The translations under genes and the position numbers were made by a program. The notes below the pieces were generated by a model. The model saw only the letters and a list, made by a program, of their open reading frames with translations, did not search any database and was not told the DNA's origin. Positions 62,320 through 64,000 of a stretch of 64,000 nt of DNA are shown one piece after another. Source of the DNA: Octopus vulgaris. Taxonomy: Eukaryota. Each line of letters opens with the position of its first letter. Position 1 is the stretch's first letter. The stretch covers positions 6,820,001-6,884,000 of the forward strand of contig OX597823.1 of assembly GCA_951406725.2 (NCBI GenBank). Direction: 5' to 3'.

Positions 62320-63108
62320 TATATATATATAAATATACACACACACACACACACACACACATACACATATATATATATATATATATATATACGACGGCCT
62401 TCTTTGTGTGTCCATGTACCAAATCCACTCAAGCCTTTGTTCGACCCCAGACTATAGTAGAAGACACTTGACCATGGTGCCATGTGGTGATATTGAACCT
62501 AGAACTATTTCATTTGTTATCAAGCTGCTTACCACACAGCCTCCCTCTCTCTCTCTCCATATATATATGTGTATATTTGTGTCTATAAGAAGACTCGGCA
62601 AGCGCAAGTGAGACCATAACCTTGTGGCCTATGCCAGGGGTGTAACCAGCCCACTTATGCATGCCTTTCCTTCATTGGACACTAAACTCTGTTTGTGATC
62701 ACCTGTTGAGGCAACAAATTCGATGACTAGCATCCGTGGTAGTAGAGTTCTAAGAGTACCGTACGAGTGAGATCCGTCTACAACAAAAATCTAAATCGCA
62801 TCTCATAACAACAATACGGCACAACTATTTCACCTCAATTGGACCCGCTCTCTTCAAAATTACACCAGGACACGTCAAAACAGAAACTGACCACACAAAA
62901 TTCAAGAAGTCTTTGGACAAATTCCTTCAAACAGTCCCGGACAAACCACCCACACCCGGATATGTCTCCGCAAACAATAACTCTCTGCTCGAATGGGCCT
63001 TGGTGCCCAAATCCTGAATTGAAAGACTTCGCCAGGTGGTGCTATTAAGTTAGACATGGCCTGGGCCGATACTGGCCAAAACCTTTCTAAGTTCTATAGG
63101 TATATATG

Positions 63109-63233
<125 letters not shown>

Positions 63234-63639
63234 GTATATATGTGTGTATGTATATATGTATATATGTGCATATATATGTATATATGTATCTATATGTATG
63301 TATATATATTCATATATATGTGTATATATCTATATATACATTTGTATGTATGCATGTACATGTATTTATGTATGTTTGTATATGTATGTATATATATATA
63401 TGTATATATATATGTATATATAGATGTTTAACCTTTGATTCAATAACACTGTGTATAAACTCTATACTTGGAATGACCAATTTTAAATTCTAGTGGATTT
63501 TACTCCGCCTAAAAACAAATTGGATCTACAAATGCAATATCCCTACATATCTCACATCTGTCTTCTATTATTTTCTCCACCTCACTCTCTATTTTATATC
63601 TCATCTAAATTAGCTATTTCTTGACCATCCTCTCACACC

Positions 63640-63687
63640 GTCTCCGATGAAGGGATATAATAAATATCCTGGAAACAGCTGTAAGAC
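63640..63687 (+). ncRNA. Type I hammerhead ribozyme-like motif (CCGAUGA core)
   Basis: gtct-CCGATGA-a-gggatat(aataa)atatcct-g-GAAA-c(agct)g-TA-agac. Confidence 0.8.
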
Positions 63688-63787
63688 CTATCTATTAATG
63701 TGAGGGTCTAAAATCTACACAGTCTTGGTTTTTAGGACAATCTTATTATGAAATAAAATTTATATATATATATATATATATATCCTC

Positions 63788-63824
<37 letters not shown>

Positions 63825-64000
63825 GCATGTATATATGTATGTATACATATATGTATGTATGCATCAAAATGTGACCTCGTTGTACTGTTCTTTGAGCCAC
63901 TCCTTCACTATAGTTTGTCACTTCCTCGTCACTGGAATAGCGTTTCCTTCTCCTATCTTTCATGGGGCCGAAGAGCTCCGCTCGAAACGTCTGAAGATGT

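Overview
AT-rich, microsatellite-dense animal genomic DNA. The SINE/LINE repertoire and the (TA)n/(TATG)n load suggest an octopus or other cephalopod (inference). It is almost entirely intergenic or intronic repeat sequence. The only convincing host-gene piece is a minus-strand signal-peptide + LRRNT coding exon at 2361-2542. Mobile elements seen: two Penelope-like elements (a frameshifted Neptune-like copy with an inverted pseudo-LTR, and a 5'-truncated Naiad-type copy), R4/Dong, CR1 and RTE LINE fragments, several tRNA-derived SINEs, Tc1 and mariner relics, and a non-autonomous Helitron. Two things stand out. (1) Many type-I hammerhead-ribozyme-like motifs from several sequence families, mostly with variant cores and palindromic stem III, sit in short non-coding elements embedded in (TA)n; one is a 590-bp tandem + inverted retrozyme-like array (33020-35030). 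(2) Two head-to-tail arrays of ORF1/gag-only (RT-less) retroelements (1-1808 and 35447-38750); the second is punctuated by a repeated 21-bp target-like sequence and shares its 3' tail with a SINE. Most ORFs in the supplied track are microsatellite artefacts. All structures and alignments were read by eye; no database search was run.
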